DNA of 64,000 bases from contig CANBCI010000003.1 in the NCBI GenBank assembly GCA_947367055.1, forward strand, positions 24,175 to 88,174, given 5' to 3'. Origin of the DNA: an uncultured Alphaproteobacteria bacterium (lineage in GTDB: Bacteria > Pseudomonadota > Alphaproteobacteria > Rs-D84). Position 1 is the first letter of the stretch; each line of letters starts with the position of its first letter. Below the pieces are notes generated by a model that searched no databases, was not told the DNA's origin, and was given only the letters and a program-made list of their open reading frames with translations. This document shows, in pieces, positions 62,758-64,000 of this stretch. The position numbers and the translations under genes are program-made.

Positions 62758-63747
62758 TTATTTCCTTCTTTTTATTGCGAGTTTTGCCGCCCGCACCGAC
62801 AGTTTCAATAAAAAATCGCGCAACAAAATTTCCGCCGGCATGCCGGTGGTTCGCAATTGCTTTTCCAGTTCGTTCAAGCGGATTAAAACGGCGCTTATCT
62901 CGTCTGCGGGCCATATTTTCACGGCATGATTAAATTTTTCCGCGACTTTCCAAAACAGTCGCGGCAACTGCCCGTCCACCACCGCCGTCAACAATTTCTT
63001 AAAGTGCATGTCCAGCATCCGAACCAACATATTCGGTTCCGCATTGTCGTACAATAATCTGTCCAGCGCAGTCATGGTTTGCTGAATATGCCCCGCGGTC
63101 AAAGAATACAGGAAATCATCCGTATCCGCCGCCCCCGTATCCGGCAGGCATTTTTCCACGTCACTCAATTCGACTATTTTTTTATCATCCACATACAGCG
63201 CTATTTTTGCCAAGAAGCCGCGCGTAATACCGCGGTCACCGCCCAGGTGCGTCGTCATATACGTCATTGCGTCCGGTGTAATCTGCGAAATACCGGCCTC
63301 GGCCGACAATTCCTTGCGGATAAGTGCGGCCAGCGACCGCGCATCATCTGTATAGCACGCCAATGCCGCGATTTTGTCGTCCCCTTCAAACAATGCACGC
63401 AATCCGCCGCCCGCGCGCAAATCCCCCGCGGCAACAATAACCGTGGCACACAGCCCCGGATGTTCAATCAGTTCCGCCACCTGCTTTGCGCATGCGTCGC
63501 CCGCATTTGAAATCAATACCAATTTGCGGCCGCCAAACATTGACGGGCTGCAACTTTCCGCGAACAGTGCATCCTGTTTTTCGCGCAATTCGTCGGAATC
63601 CAGCGCAAACATATTGTCGCGTTCAATCTGCAGTTTTTCAATCGCACGGTCACAAAACTCATCAACCTGGCCGGCGTCGGGCCCGTAAATCAAAACCGCA
63701 CGAATGGTTTCGATTCCCTTGTTAAAATCCTCTTCTTTCCACTTCAT
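62758..63747 (-). CDS. holA: DNA polymerase III delta subunit
   Basis: N-terminal VLIYGPDAGQ and overall delta-subunit pattern. Confidence 0.8.
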   Translation of the reverse strand: MKWKEEDFNKGIETIRAVLIYGPDAGQVDEFCDRAIEKLQIERDNMFALDSDELREKQDALFAESCSPSMFGGRKLVLISNAGDACAKQVAELIEHPGLCATVIVAAGDLRAGGGLRALFEGDDKIAALACYTDDARSLAALIRKELSAEAGISQITPDAMTYMTTHLGGDRGITRGFLAKIALYVDDKKIVELSDVEKCLPDTGAADTDDFLYSLTAGHIQQTMTALDRLLYDNAEPNMLVRMLDMHFKKLLTAVVDGQLPRLFWKVAEKFNHAVKIWPADEISAVLIRLNELEKQLRTTGMPAEILLRDFLLKLSVRAAKLAIKRRK

Positions 63748-64000
63748 TGTTTATCCGATGTCGCGGTTGAATATCTGTATGTTTCTGCGATTGCACGCGT
63801 GCCTATCTTTTCCGCCAAAACAGATATTGTATTTTTAACCGCATTGTTATAAGACGCGTTCGCCGCCACCAGATAGCGCACAAAGGTATACGATTCCGCG
63901 GCCGATTCAACACCCGATGCAATTTGCTTCCCGTCGCGTGTCAAAGTATAGGTTGCCCGAACGGATATTTCCTGCCATGTGGCGTCGCCGGTCGGTTCCA
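63744..64000 (-). CDS. 3'-terminal fragment of an unidentified ORF that continues beyond the window edge (N-terminus outside the window)
   Basis: Open frame runs to the window edge. The visible 66-residue C-terminal segment gives no family assignment. Confidence 0.35.
   Translation of the reverse strand, partial: EPTGDATWQEISVRATYTLTRDGKQIASGVESAAESYTFVRYLVAANASYNNAVKNTISVLAEKIGTRAIAETYRYSTATSDKQ

Overview
The window appears to come from an alphaproteobacterium-like chromosome with about 50% GC backbone. The backbone carries housekeeping genes: ligA, a pair of MsbA-like ABC exporters, a class A PBP, grpE, tpiA, a PpiD-like chaperone, recG, a BepA-like M48 protease, an frr-uppS-cdsA-nudix-rseP-bamA block, tRNA-Ala and tRNA-His, birA, parC, radC, map, holA, and the C-terminal part of an unidentified ORF that runs off the window end. 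Three accessory regions stand out. (1) An AT-rich island at 1-4.9 kb encodes a KAP-family P-loop NTPase, a two-TM membrane-anchored HNH endonuclease and a small TM protein, a candidate defence or abortive-infection module. The nuclease cassette is flanked by about 40-bp direct repeats that carry terminator hairpins. (2) An AT-rich island at 34.26-39.66 kb sits directly after tRNA-His and a 23-bp direct repeat of the tRNA-His 3' end. It carries a coiled-coil effector-like protein and a four-gene glycan-modification cluster. (3) A degraded T7-like (podovirus) prophage at about 39.7-53.9 kb has tail-fibre N-domain, portal, scaffold, capsid, tail-tube A and B, and a SleB-like endolysin with a holin-like protein. 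Its large terminase gene is split into ATPase and nuclease ORFs by a precisely nested 3.3-kb opposite-strand module (dnaB, tandem-HTH repressor, hypothetical). It also carries a histone H1-like KA-repeat gene and a Cys-rich secreted moron. Other observations are a palindromic AAACGnnCGTTT motif in tandem intergenic repeats upstream of the ABC exporter, a candidate CU-rich sRNA with its own promoter and terminator near parC, and a divergent MurA-like protein. No rRNA, CRISPR array, transposase or integrase was recognised.
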